Assembly: GCA_963755125.1 (NCBI GenBank)
Contig: CAVWIP010000014.1
Coordinates: 65,681 to 129,680 of the forward strand
Reading direction: 5' to 3'
DNA: 64,000 nucleotides
Source: an uncultured delta proteobacterium
Lineage (GTDB): Bacteria; Myxococcota_A; Polyangia; Fen-1088
Below are positions 47,864 to 57,303 of the stretch, in pieces. A program made the position numbers and the translations under genes. Each line of letters starts with the position of its first letter. Position 1 is the first letter of the stretch. Under the pieces are notes generated by a model. It was given only the letters and a program-made list of their open reading frames with translations, ran no database searches and was not told the origin of the DNA.

Positions 47864-49803
47864 TGCAATCCCAAGCGTCCCCGCAGTCTTTGGGGGAGGC
47901 CCTGCTGAGCGCCCTGGGCGATACCGACCGCTCCCGCCGCGAAGAAGCCATTGCCCAGGCGGCCGTCGCGGCTGACCCGGACAGTCTGGTGGAGCTTCTG
48001 GGCAAGCACGACGATGCGGCCAGCCGCAACGCCGCTCTGGAGGCGCTCGCCCGCGGCGGCAGCCGCAGCCTGCCCGCGCTGGTGCGCGCCTTGCGCAGCA
48101 GCGACGAGGAGGTCGTGATGTTCGCGGCCATGGCCTTGGCGCAAACCCGCGGCCCAGGCGGCATCCCGCATCTGCTTCGACTCTTGCACCATCCCGATCT
48201 CAACGTCGCGCAAGCCGCCATCGACGCGCTGGGCAAGCTGCGCGCGGTTTCGGCGACCGGTCCGATCGAAAAGATGCTGACGGCCGATCCCTGGCTGCGC
48301 TTCGCCGCTGCCAACGCCCTGGGCGAGATCGGGAGCCCGAGCAGCGTGCCCGCCTTGCTGCGCGTGCTCCACGATCCGTCGCTGTCGGACTTGGCCATCG
48401 AGGCACTGGGAAAGATCGGCTCGGGGAACGCCGCGGTGGCGCTTGCGGAGATTGCCATCGAGCGGGTTGAAACCGAGCAATTCACGGTGTGCGTGCTCGC
48501 GTTGGGGCGTGCCCTCGGCCAGCAACTCGACCGAACCGCACTCGCGGCGAACCCGGTGTGGACGCGCCTGGCATCGCCGGAAGCGGCAGCCGTGCACGAG
48601 CGTCTGCGGCGTATCCTGGGCACGGGCGATGCCGAAGCCGGCGGGAGCGAGTTGCAGGAGGTGAAGGAAGCGGCCATCGAGGTGATCCGGGGTGTGCCGC
48701 TCACATCACTTCTTTGTCTGCTGGTGGAAAGCGCGTGGGATGCAAGCTTGACCGAGGCACTGCTGGATGCGTTGGTTTTCGCGGGACCGGAGGTGCGGCC
48801 TTGCGTGCTGGCCGGGCTTGGTCACGGCGACACGCGGGTGCGCCGGCTGGCCTGTGTGGCAGCCGGGCACTTGAACATGACGGAGGCGGCGCCTGCCTTG
48901 TGCCGCCTGGCCGACGACGGGGCGCCAGAAGTGCGGGCCGACGCCTTGCGCGCGCTGGCGCGATTGCACGAGTACGATGCCTTGCCCATCATCCTCGGGC
49001 GCCTCTCCGATGTCAGCGGCGAGGTGCGCGCCGCAGCCCAGTGGGCGCTGGACTTCATGGACGCCGAGCAGGTGACGGCGGCCATCCTGGAAAACTCCGA
49101 GCTTGCCCGCCGCCACGCCGCCGAGATTCTGGCCGTGATGCAGGCCCATCCCGTGGCTGCGCAGCATGAGTTCATCGAGAATCGCCTGGCCGACCCGCGC
49201 GAGGAAGTTCGGCGAGCTGCGGTCGCGGCCTTGGCCGCAAGGGGCGGGGCCGAGGTCGTCGAGATACTGGAGCCGTTTCTGCGCGATCCCGCAGCAGCGG
49301 TTCGGCAGGAGGTGGTGCGGGGCTTGGGGCGCCAGCGATCGCAGCCTGCGCAGGCGTTGCTGTTGCAGCAGTACCAGCGCGATCCAGCAACGCGCAGGGA
49401 AGCCTTGCTGGCGCTCGGAAAGATTGGCGACTGTGTGGCGGCGCAAAGACTGACCGGGCTGCTGTCCGCGCAAACCTTGCCCGAGCGCCTGGCCATCATC
49501 GATACCTTGGGGACGCTGGCGGCCCCGTGCACGGAGCCCATCCTGATCGGGTTGCTGCGCGATCCCGAGTTCGAGGTTCGTTGTCGGGCGGCCGTCGCCC
49601 TGGGGCGATTCACAACCACAGGTGCAGCGACCCGTCTGGCGCTGGCCACGCGGGATGCGGACGCACGCGTGCGACTCGCGGCGCTTGAGGCGCTGGCTCC
49701 GGCGAAGAGCCATCCAGCAGTGGTGCAAGCCATCGAGCGTCTGTGCTTGGATCCCAGCCCCGCCATCGCCGCCTTGGCCCGGCAGTGGCTTGACAAGACG
49801 TAG
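47863..49803 (+). CDS. 646-aa HEAT-repeat (PBS-lyase-type) protein, second copy
   Basis: TGATG stop/start overlap with the MCP gene. It has the same D..VR..A..ALG.. periodicity (APEVRADALRALARL, SGEVRAAAQWAL, REEVRRAAVAALAARG, EFEVRCRAAVALGRF, DARVRLAALEALA). Confidence 0.75.
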   Translation: MQSQASPQSLGEALLSALGDTDRSRREEAIAQAAVAADPDSLVELLGKHDDAASRNAALEALARGGSRSLPALVRALRSSDEEVVMFAAMALAQTRGPGGIPHLLRLLHHPDLNVAQAAIDALGKLRAVSATGPIEKMLTADPWLRFAAANALGEIGSPSSVPALLRVLHDPSLSDLAIEALGKIGSGNAAVALAEIAIERVETEQFTVCVLALGRALGQQLDRTALAANPVWTRLASPEAAAVHERLRRILGTGDAEAGGSELQEVKEAAIEVIRGVPLTSLLCLLVESAWDASLTEALLDALVFAGPEVRPCVLAGLGHGDTRVRRLACVAAGHLNMTEAAPALCRLADDGAPEVRADALRALARLHEYDALPIILGRLSDVSGEVRAAAQWALDFMDAEQVTAAILENSELARRHAAEILAVMQAHPVAAQHEFIENRLADPREEVRRAAVAALAARGGAEVVEILEPFLRDPAAAVRQEVVRGLGRQRSQPAQALLLQQYQRDPATRREALLALGKIGDCVAAQRLTGLLSAQTLPERLAIIDTLGTLAAPCTEPILIGLLRDPEFEVRCRAAVALGRFTTTGAATRLALATRDADARVRLAALEALAPAKSHPAVVQAIERLCLDPSPAIAALARQWLDKT

Positions 49804-49923
49804 GGGGACTTGCCAGGTAAGTGCAGTTCTTCGCTTCGGTTGCTGTGCGCATTTTTTCATGACTGCGTCGTAACTCGGGTGCACAATCGGGCTCTGGGAT
49901 AGCGAGATTCGGGGGTCAAGCCC

Positions 49924-51003
49924 GTGCCGCAAGCGACATCACTTCCAAGTCAGGCGTTGCACAAGTCGAATGCCCCGCAAATCAGGCCAGAGGAGTTGAG
50001 CCAACTGGCCGGCCTCTTCGCGGCCAAGCTGAAGGCCGGCCTCTCGATCAGCCAGGCGCTGTATGCGCTGTCAGTCGATTCGAAGAAGCCGGTTCTGGTG
50101 GCGGCGTGCAAGGGCGTGAAGGCCAGCGTGGATGCCGGCCGGCCGCTGGGTGAAGCCATGCGCGCATACCCGGACGTGTTCGACGAGATCAGCGTGGCGG
50201 TGCTGGGCGCGGGCCAGAAGAGCAATCGCCTGCCGATCGAGCTGCAACGTTTGTCGGCTTATCTCGGCACCACAGCGAAGATTGCGCGCGGCCTGCGCAG
50301 CGCGACCACGCGGCCCATGCTCAGCCTTGGTGTCGGCCTGCTGGTCATCATGGCCGGCCTTGCGGGCGCGGCGCCTGCCCTCGAGCGATTCCTGGAGAGC
50401 CTGCCCGAGCGAGAATGGCCGGCCGCCAGCCATCTGGCCATCCACGTCTCGCATGCCTTGCGATGGATCCTGCCGGTGGTGCTGGCGGCGCTGGCTCTCG
50501 TGTATGGGGGTTTTCGCCTGCTTGTGCGCGGAGAAAAGCGTCTGCGTTGGCGGGATAGGATGCTCTTGGGGGCGCCGATTGTCGGGTCGTTGTGGCGGGC
50601 CAAGGCGGTGGCGCACTTTTGCCGCACCACCGGGCTGCTGGCCTCCGCCGGTATTCCGCTGCTGGAGGCGATGGAAAGCGCCGCGATGACCTCGGGCAAC
50701 TTGGCAGTGCGCGGGGCGGTGCTGCTAGTGGCTGACAAGCTGGGCAAGGGCCGCGACTTGCCCCCGTTGCTGGTCGAGGTTGGCCTGGTCCCGCGATCCG
50801 AGATGAACGCCATGCAAGCGGCCGAGCGGCGGGGAGCCCTGGGTGAAGTGCTCATGAAGCACGCTGAAGCCAGCGACGCCGATCTGTTGAGGAGGATCAA
50901 CCGGCTCAAGAACCTGGCGCAGTCGGCGACGGTCTTGCTGCTCGGTCTGCTGGTAGCCGCCGTGGTATTGGGGCTGGTCGGCGCCGCGCTGGCGGGCCGC
51001 TGA
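49924..51003 (+). CDS. Type II secretion / type IV pilus platform protein family (GspF/PilC-like), orphan
   Basis: Two T2SSF-type cytoplasmic repeats are present (…AGLSISQALYAL…VKASVDAGRPLGEAMRAYPDVFDEISVAVLGAGQKSNRLPIELQRLSAYL and …LASAGIPLLEAMESAA…VADKLGKGRDLPPLL…MQAAERRGALGEVL). Three TM segments have the GspF spacing. GTG start; 120-nt gap after the HEAT gene. Confidence 0.7.
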   Translation: MPQATSLPSQALHKSNAPQIRPEELSQLAGLFAAKLKAGLSISQALYALSVDSKKPVLVAACKGVKASVDAGRPLGEAMRAYPDVFDEISVAVLGAGQKSNRLPIELQRLSAYLGTTAKIARGLRSATTRPMLSLGVGLLVIMAGLAGAAPALERFLESLPEREWPAASHLAIHVSHALRWILPVVLAALALVYGGFRLLVRGEKRLRWRDRMLLGAPIVGSLWRAKAVAHFCRTTGLLASAGIPLLEAMESAAMTSGNLAVRGAVLLVADKLGKGRDLPPLLVEVGLVPRSEMNAMQAAERRGALGEVLMKHAEASDADLLRRINRLKNLAQSATVLLLGLLVAAVVLGLVGAALAGR

Positions 51004-51078
51004 GCACTGCCTGGACCTGGAGGCGTGCGGGATCAGCCCGCCTTGCACTGCTCGGGAACCTTTGCGTGCACGGCTCGG

Positions 51079-52692
<1,614 letters not shown>

Positions 52693-52878
52693 GATCCGTG
52701 GACCCCGGCGATCATGGTAGCACCGATGACGGCGCTGGGGGTAGCAGCGGACCGCCTTTCTTTCGGCCGACCCGTCGCCTGCTGGAGCGAGACGTGTCGT
52801 CTCACTGGCCTGTGCGACCAGTGCCCGGATTTGCGGCGACCGGCCCAGCCGTGAAAACCCAGGAACGCGGCAGAAGGG

Positions 52879-53370
52879 CTACGAAGACACCGTGGGAGGT
52901 CGGGCGCCGTCGAAGAGCTGGATGTCCTGACAAGTCTCGCGGGTTCCGCAGTCCGGAGCGTTGTTGGTCGCATAGGTGTAGGTCACACTGCCGCTGAGCG
53001 AATCTCCTTCGAGCTTGCCCACCAGGTGAGCGTTGCGTGTGAAAGCGCAGGTGCCGCTGGATCCGGCCACGGTTCCGATGATCGACAGATCGAGTGAATG
53101 GTCCGAGACCTTGCCGGTGAAGGTGTCGCTGCCCGCGATCAGGCTGAGACCCAGGCCGGCCGCACCCTGCACCTTGGCCGTCACGTTGGATCCGTCCTGG
53201 GTCACCACCACGGTTGCGCCCGTCGAAGTGGTCCCCGCATCATTGGTCAGGATGCCGCACTGGTTCTGCTCGACGGTCAGGGCGAGCGTGTAGGTGCCGG
53301 CGACGTTGGCGGGAGTATCGCTGCCGCAGGCTCCTGCCAGCAGGGCAAGAATGAAGGCTGTCTTCCGCAT
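52879..53370 (-). CDS. Small lipoprotein (beta-rich)
   Basis: MRKTAFILALLAGACGS lipobox. It starts 11 nt downstream of the preceding gene stop. No motif recognised. Confidence 0.55.
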   Translation of the reverse strand: MRKTAFILALLAGACGSDTPANVAGTYTLALTVEQNQCGILTNDAGTTSTGATVVVTQDGSNVTAKVQGAAGLGLSLIAGSDTFTGKVSDHSLDLSIIGTVAGSSGTCAFTRNAHLVGKLEGDSLSGSVTYTYATNNAPDCGTRETCQDIQLFDGARPPTVSS

Positions 53371-53381
53371 AATGGGCTCCC

Positions 53382-54428
53382 TTATCTGGAAAGTACGCTC
53401 GCGCTCTCCGACGCGTCGTCAGGCGAATGATTCTTGGCGCGCGGCCGAACCGGATGGGACCGCTTGCGCCACCACAGAGCGGCGCCTGCGACCAGCAGGA
53501 AAAGGCCAGGGACAGCCGCCGGCCGCCCGGTCATCGAGCAACCGGCTGCCACGAACGGGCCGGATGAATAGCACGCCGCCGGCAGACAAACATTCCCGGC
53601 ATCTGCGGCCGCATTGGCCGCTACGCCGCAGGTCTGGCTGGTGCAATCCCTCGCGCGCGCGCACACGGCCCCTTCTGACTCGGTCGCGGAACAGATACTG
53701 TTGGAATTACAGAAGAGCCCGTCCTGGCAACTGTTCTGCAACAAGACCTGTGCGCAGTTCTCGCCGCTCCCGGCCCTGGGCAGGCAGGTGCCGTCGGCAG
53801 TGGAGGTCGCGCCCGAACAGAAACCGGTGACGCATTCTACGGCACTCCGGCACGCGCCCCCGGACGGGACCTGGGGGGCTACGATGGCATCGCAGCCCGC
53901 GGGAAGGCCGCCCGCGGCGTTCATCGGCCAGGATGCGCAGCTAACCACCCCGATCCCATACAGACAAAGGCCCGCCTGATCCGGATAGTAGACCGTACGC
54001 CCGCGACCGATGCCGTCGGAGATCGCCTGGACTCCGGGTTGCGCCTCGCTGACGATGTTCGATATGCAGGTCGCCAGCGCCTTTCCCTTCAGGTCGGTCT
54101 GGGTGCAGCAGGCGAAGTTCTGGGTGCAGACGACCGTGGCGTAGGCATTCGCAAGCTGGTCGAGCGGCACGGGCGCGCTTCCGGTGTCGCCCGGGACGCT
54201 CGCATCCGGCTGCACGGCAGTGTCCACGGATCCCCTGCCTGGGGCGTCCAGGACCGACGCGTCGGGGTAGTGACCATTGTGCCAGCAGGTATTATCCGCC
54301 GCGCAGTAGTACTCCTTCGGGCACTGGCCGGAAGGCGCGCACTTGAGATCGCCGTCGTGATAGCTCGGCGAATAGCAGCCTGCCAGCAGCAGGCCTGCAA
54401 CCCAACCATGGCGAGACGACGTCAGCAT
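53382..54428 (-). CDS. Secreted Cys-rich protein with MYXO-CTERM-like sorting signal plus extra tail
   Basis: Signal/lipobox-like LLLAGC and many Cys pairs. The C-terminus AAGCSMTGRPAAVPGLFLLVAGAALWWRKR (G-C-S, TM helix, basic cluster) is followed by about 30 further residues. Confidence 0.6.
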   Translation of the reverse strand: MLTSSRHGWVAGLLLAGCYSPSYHDGDLKCAPSGQCPKEYYCAADNTCWHNGHYPDASVLDAPGRGSVDTAVQPDASVPGDTGSAPVPLDQLANAYATVVCTQNFACCTQTDLKGKALATCISNIVSEAQPGVQAISDGIGRGRTVYYPDQAGLCLYGIGVVSCASWPMNAAGGLPAGCDAIVAPQVPSGGACRSAVECVTGFCSGATSTADGTCLPRAGSGENCAQVLLQNSCQDGLFCNSNSICSATESEGAVCARARDCTSQTCGVAANAAADAGNVCLPAACYSSGPFVAAGCSMTGRPAAVPGLFLLVAGAALWWRKRSHPVRPRAKNHSPDDASESASVLSR

Positions 54429-55279
54429 CAGAACGCCATCCGCAAAGAGGCACCGGCCAAATGGGTAGCCACGGCCGGCGAGAGGGTGATTGCCTGGGGT
54501 GCGTTGTCGCGGCCAGCGCGCGCGCCCACAACGTAGAGAATGGCGCCGGTAACCACCGCCGCCGCGCCGACGCCGATGAAGACGCCCTCGAGTACCTGGT
54601 CCCGCCGGCCAGCGCTTTCCTTCGAAGGATCGAATACGCCCCTGCTCTGGTCGAGCTGCGTGAGCTGGTCGCCGGCTTGCTTCGCGAGCACGCCAAAGGC
54701 GATGCCCGCGCCCACCAGGGCGAGGCCACCAGCCGCCGTCACGATCCCGGCCAGCTTCTTGCCCCGCCCCAGCGACACTCGTTCAAGCGGAGCCTCCTCG
54801 ACCACAGCCGAGGCAGCCTGATTGCCGCCGACGCCGACGTCGGTCGGGACAGGCGCCACAGCCGGTGGCCCTGGTGCCACCGTCCCGCTGCTGGTCGGGT
54901 TGCTTGCGCCCGGAACGGCAGGAGGTTCTGCCTGCGCCTGCCTCTGCTTGTCGACCAAGTCCTTCAGCTCGCGGAGCTTCGACTCCACATCAGCGCGGTT
55001 GGCCGCCTCGGGCAGCTTTGACAGATAGGTCTTGTAGAAGCGCAACGCTTCGGCAGCGTGGCCAGCCAGACGGTGAGCCTGCCCGAGATTGAAGAGCAGG
55101 GCCGGATCATCTTTGCTCTTGTACGCCGCCATATACTCAGCGATCGCCTCGTCATACAGGCCAAGCTCGTAGGCCCGCGTGCCCTTGATGTAGTGGTCGC
55201 GGGCCGTGCCTTGGTCATCCCCACGTGCCACACCGGCAGAGAGGGTGAGTAACGCCGCCATTGCTACAACGTGGCGCAT
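54428..55279 (-). CDS. TPR-repeat protein with signal peptide and C-terminal TM helices
   Basis: Signal peptide MRHVVAMAALLTLSAGVARG. TPR units are YIKGTRAYELGLYDEAIAEYMAAYK…LLFNLGQAHRLAGHAAEALRFYKTYL. Two C-terminal hydrophobic helices are present. The ORF is open to GTG 55333, which would overlap the upstream stop. Confidence 0.7.
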   Translation of the reverse strand: MRHVVAMAALLTLSAGVARGDDQGTARDHYIKGTRAYELGLYDEAIAEYMAAYKSKDDPALLFNLGQAHRLAGHAAEALRFYKTYLSKLPEAANRADVESKLRELKDLVDKQRQAQAEPPAVPGASNPTSSGTVAPGPPAVAPVPTDVGVGGNQAASAVVEEAPLERVSLGRGKKLAGIVTAAGGLALVGAGIAFGVLAKQAGDQLTQLDQSRGVFDPSKESAGRRDQVLEGVFIGVGAAAVVTGAILYVVGARAGRDNAPQAITLSPAVATHLAGASLRMAF

Positions 55280-55329
55280 GGTCGCATTGTACCTCATCTG
55301 CGTCGTCACCAGAATCTCCGCCAGCGCCA

Positions 55330-57303
55330 TCACTGCCAGCCGATGCGGTACCCGACATCGACGATGAAGCCGCCACTGTTGCCCACGATGTCGTCGCCAC
55401 TGGACAGCTTACCCAGCGACATGGCCAGGTAGCGCAGGCCGAACACAACCTGGGACCGATGCAGGAGGAAGGCGGCCTCGGTCGAGCCTTCGCAGGCAAA
55501 GGCCGCGCTTCGGCCCGCGATCTCGCTGCTGAAGATGGGCAGGCGTGCCTGCGCCAGCACCAGCCCGGCGCCCGCGCCAACCGACAGGGCCAGACGGTTG
55601 ATGCGTCGGCGATAGCGGGCCTGGGCCAGCAGGGGAATCTGATCGAGGATGACGGTGCCTGCCCCGGCGTTGTTCCACGAGTAGAAGCGGCTGTGCAAGT
55701 AGCCGGCGCTCACTCCGAATGTAAAACCGGCGACGCTGGGATGGCGCGAGGCCATCGCCTCGATGAATAGGGCGCTGCCCGGCGGCTGGCGCAGGTTCCA
55801 CAGAAAGCCCAGGCGAGGCGTGAGTGTGTAGCGTGTGGCCAGCACGGGGTCGGGCGGCAGCCGACGCGTGAACAGGGCGAGCGGAATGTTCTCCGTGGCG
55901 TGTCCACTGTCCAGCACGGCCTCCACTTCCATGGTGTCACGTCCGGTCAGCACGGCGGGCGGCCGGAGAACCAGCATGGCACGGCCGTCCTCGGTGGCCT
56001 GGGACCGTGCAGGCTGCCCATCCACGAGCAGCGAGGCCTCGCCTGCGTCGGTGAGATTCCCAAACGCGTCTTGGGCACTGAGAAATACGCGCAGACTGCG
56101 CAGCGGGGCGCTTTCAGGTTGGGTCACCTCCGGCTGCAGCAGGACCTGGGCCGTCGGCGCCGAAACCAGCACCACGTCCGCCTCGGCGGTCACGTCTGGA
56201 TGTCCGCGCAGCGAAGCGACCAGGTGGAGAGTCGGGTCCTGCAGGGAGGCCGGCACGCGTATCAGGAAGCGGGCCTCGCCAGCGGCACGACTGCCCATGG
56301 GCTCGGGCCGCGGTCCTGAAGATGCCAGCAGGATCGTCGATGCGTCGACCAGTCGCCCGGTGGGCTCGACCGCCAGAACCGCGACCTCGGAAACCGTTCC
56401 TGCGGCCAACTTCTCCGGGGCGATGACCAAGGCGCGCTGGGCGGGTGGAATTTTGAGATCGAGAAGCTCCTGGCTGGATTTGCCATAGCGATTGACCGAT
56501 CGGGCCAGTGCGAAGTCGATGCCGGGAGACACGACCACCGGCACGTGGACGTTGCCGTCCGCGGGCGCGACCACCGGCCCGAACTGCTTGTCCCCGACTT
56601 TCACCGTGACCCTGGAACCCGGGTCGGTGTGAAAGGCCGGACTGGCAGCCGCACGCAGCCGCACGGCCAGGGAGCCGCGCAGAATCAGCGAATCGTGCGA
56701 GAAATCGGCGACCACGATCGCGACCTGGGGAAAACGGGCCGAGGGCAGGAGAAAGCGAGCCGAGAAACTGGTCGGTCCCTCGCGCAGCACATCCTCCACC
56801 CGGCCGGCGCTGCACAGGATGCGCGGAAAGGGCAGGGGCGACGGGAAGTCACCTGTGGCCACGATGCGCAGCTCGGTTTCATCTTCGATGCCAAGCACTG
56901 GCGAGGCTGTCGCCAGCGACAGGGTTACGCGTGCGGACGAGGCGTGCGGCTCGGCGCGCGGAGCAGGCACAACCGGCTTCTCTGGCAAGGCTTGCACCTG
57001 GCTGGGCGAGGGCTTGACCGCGGTGGGCGGGACACGATGTTCTGGCTTGGGGCTGGCCGCGGTGGCAACCGGCTCTGGCAGCGGCGTCGCACCTTGTGGT
57101 AGCGCTGCCGGGGCTTCCGCCTGCTGCGGCTTGCCAGCCTCGGATGCGCCGTCATCGTCGCGCTGGTTCGCATCGGCGGCGGTCGCGGCGTCCGGCGAAC
57201 TCTCGGCGGCCTCGACCCGTGCACCCATGAGCAGAAGCAGAGCCAGCCCGGCGGCAGCCTGGGCCGGTAGCCAGCAAACGCGTGCGACTGGCCAGGTCAT
57301 CAT
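55330..57303 (-). CDS. 657-aa envelope protein: signal peptide, Pro/Ala-rich spacer, Ig-like beta-rich middle region, C-terminal beta-barrel-like domain
   Basis: Signal is LALLLLMGARVEA. A low-complexity P/A/E spacer follows, then repeated beta-strand-rich segments. The last about 170 aa show an alternating hydrophobic/Gly/aromatic pattern ending FIVDVGYRIGWQ. The domain calls are inference only. Confidence 0.5.
   Translation of the reverse strand: MMTWPVARVCWLPAQAAAGLALLLLMGARVEAAESSPDAATAADANQRDDDGASEAGKPQQAEAPAALPQGATPLPEPVATAASPKPEHRVPPTAVKPSPSQVQALPEKPVVPAPRAEPHASSARVTLSLATASPVLGIEDETELRIVATGDFPSPLPFPRILCSAGRVEDVLREGPTSFSARFLLPSARFPQVAIVVADFSHDSLILRGSLAVRLRAAASPAFHTDPGSRVTVKVGDKQFGPVVAPADGNVHVPVVVSPGIDFALARSVNRYGKSSQELLDLKIPPAQRALVIAPEKLAAGTVSEVAVLAVEPTGRLVDASTILLASSGPRPEPMGSRAAGEARFLIRVPASLQDPTLHLVASLRGHPDVTAEADVVLVSAPTAQVLLQPEVTQPESAPLRSLRVFLSAQDAFGNLTDAGEASLLVDGQPARSQATEDGRAMLVLRPPAVLTGRDTMEVEAVLDSGHATENIPLALFTRRLPPDPVLATRYTLTPRLGFLWNLRQPPGSALFIEAMASRHPSVAGFTFGVSAGYLHSRFYSWNNAGAGTVILDQIPLLAQARYRRRINRLALSVGAGAGLVLAQARLPIFSSEIAGRSAAFACEGSTEAAFLLHRSQVVFGLRYLAMSLGKLSSGDDIVGNSGGFIVDVGYRIGWQ

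Noticed and set aside
39557-49932. Series of long minus-strand ORFs (39557-41044, 42293-43528, 43477-44373, 44436-45449, 45542-46441, 47269-48597, 47853-48704, 48706-49932, 48822-49796).
   Set aside because: All are antisense to che, HEAT or MCP genes with clear signatures. They have low-complexity R/A/G/P/H-rich sequences and no RBS or operon logic.
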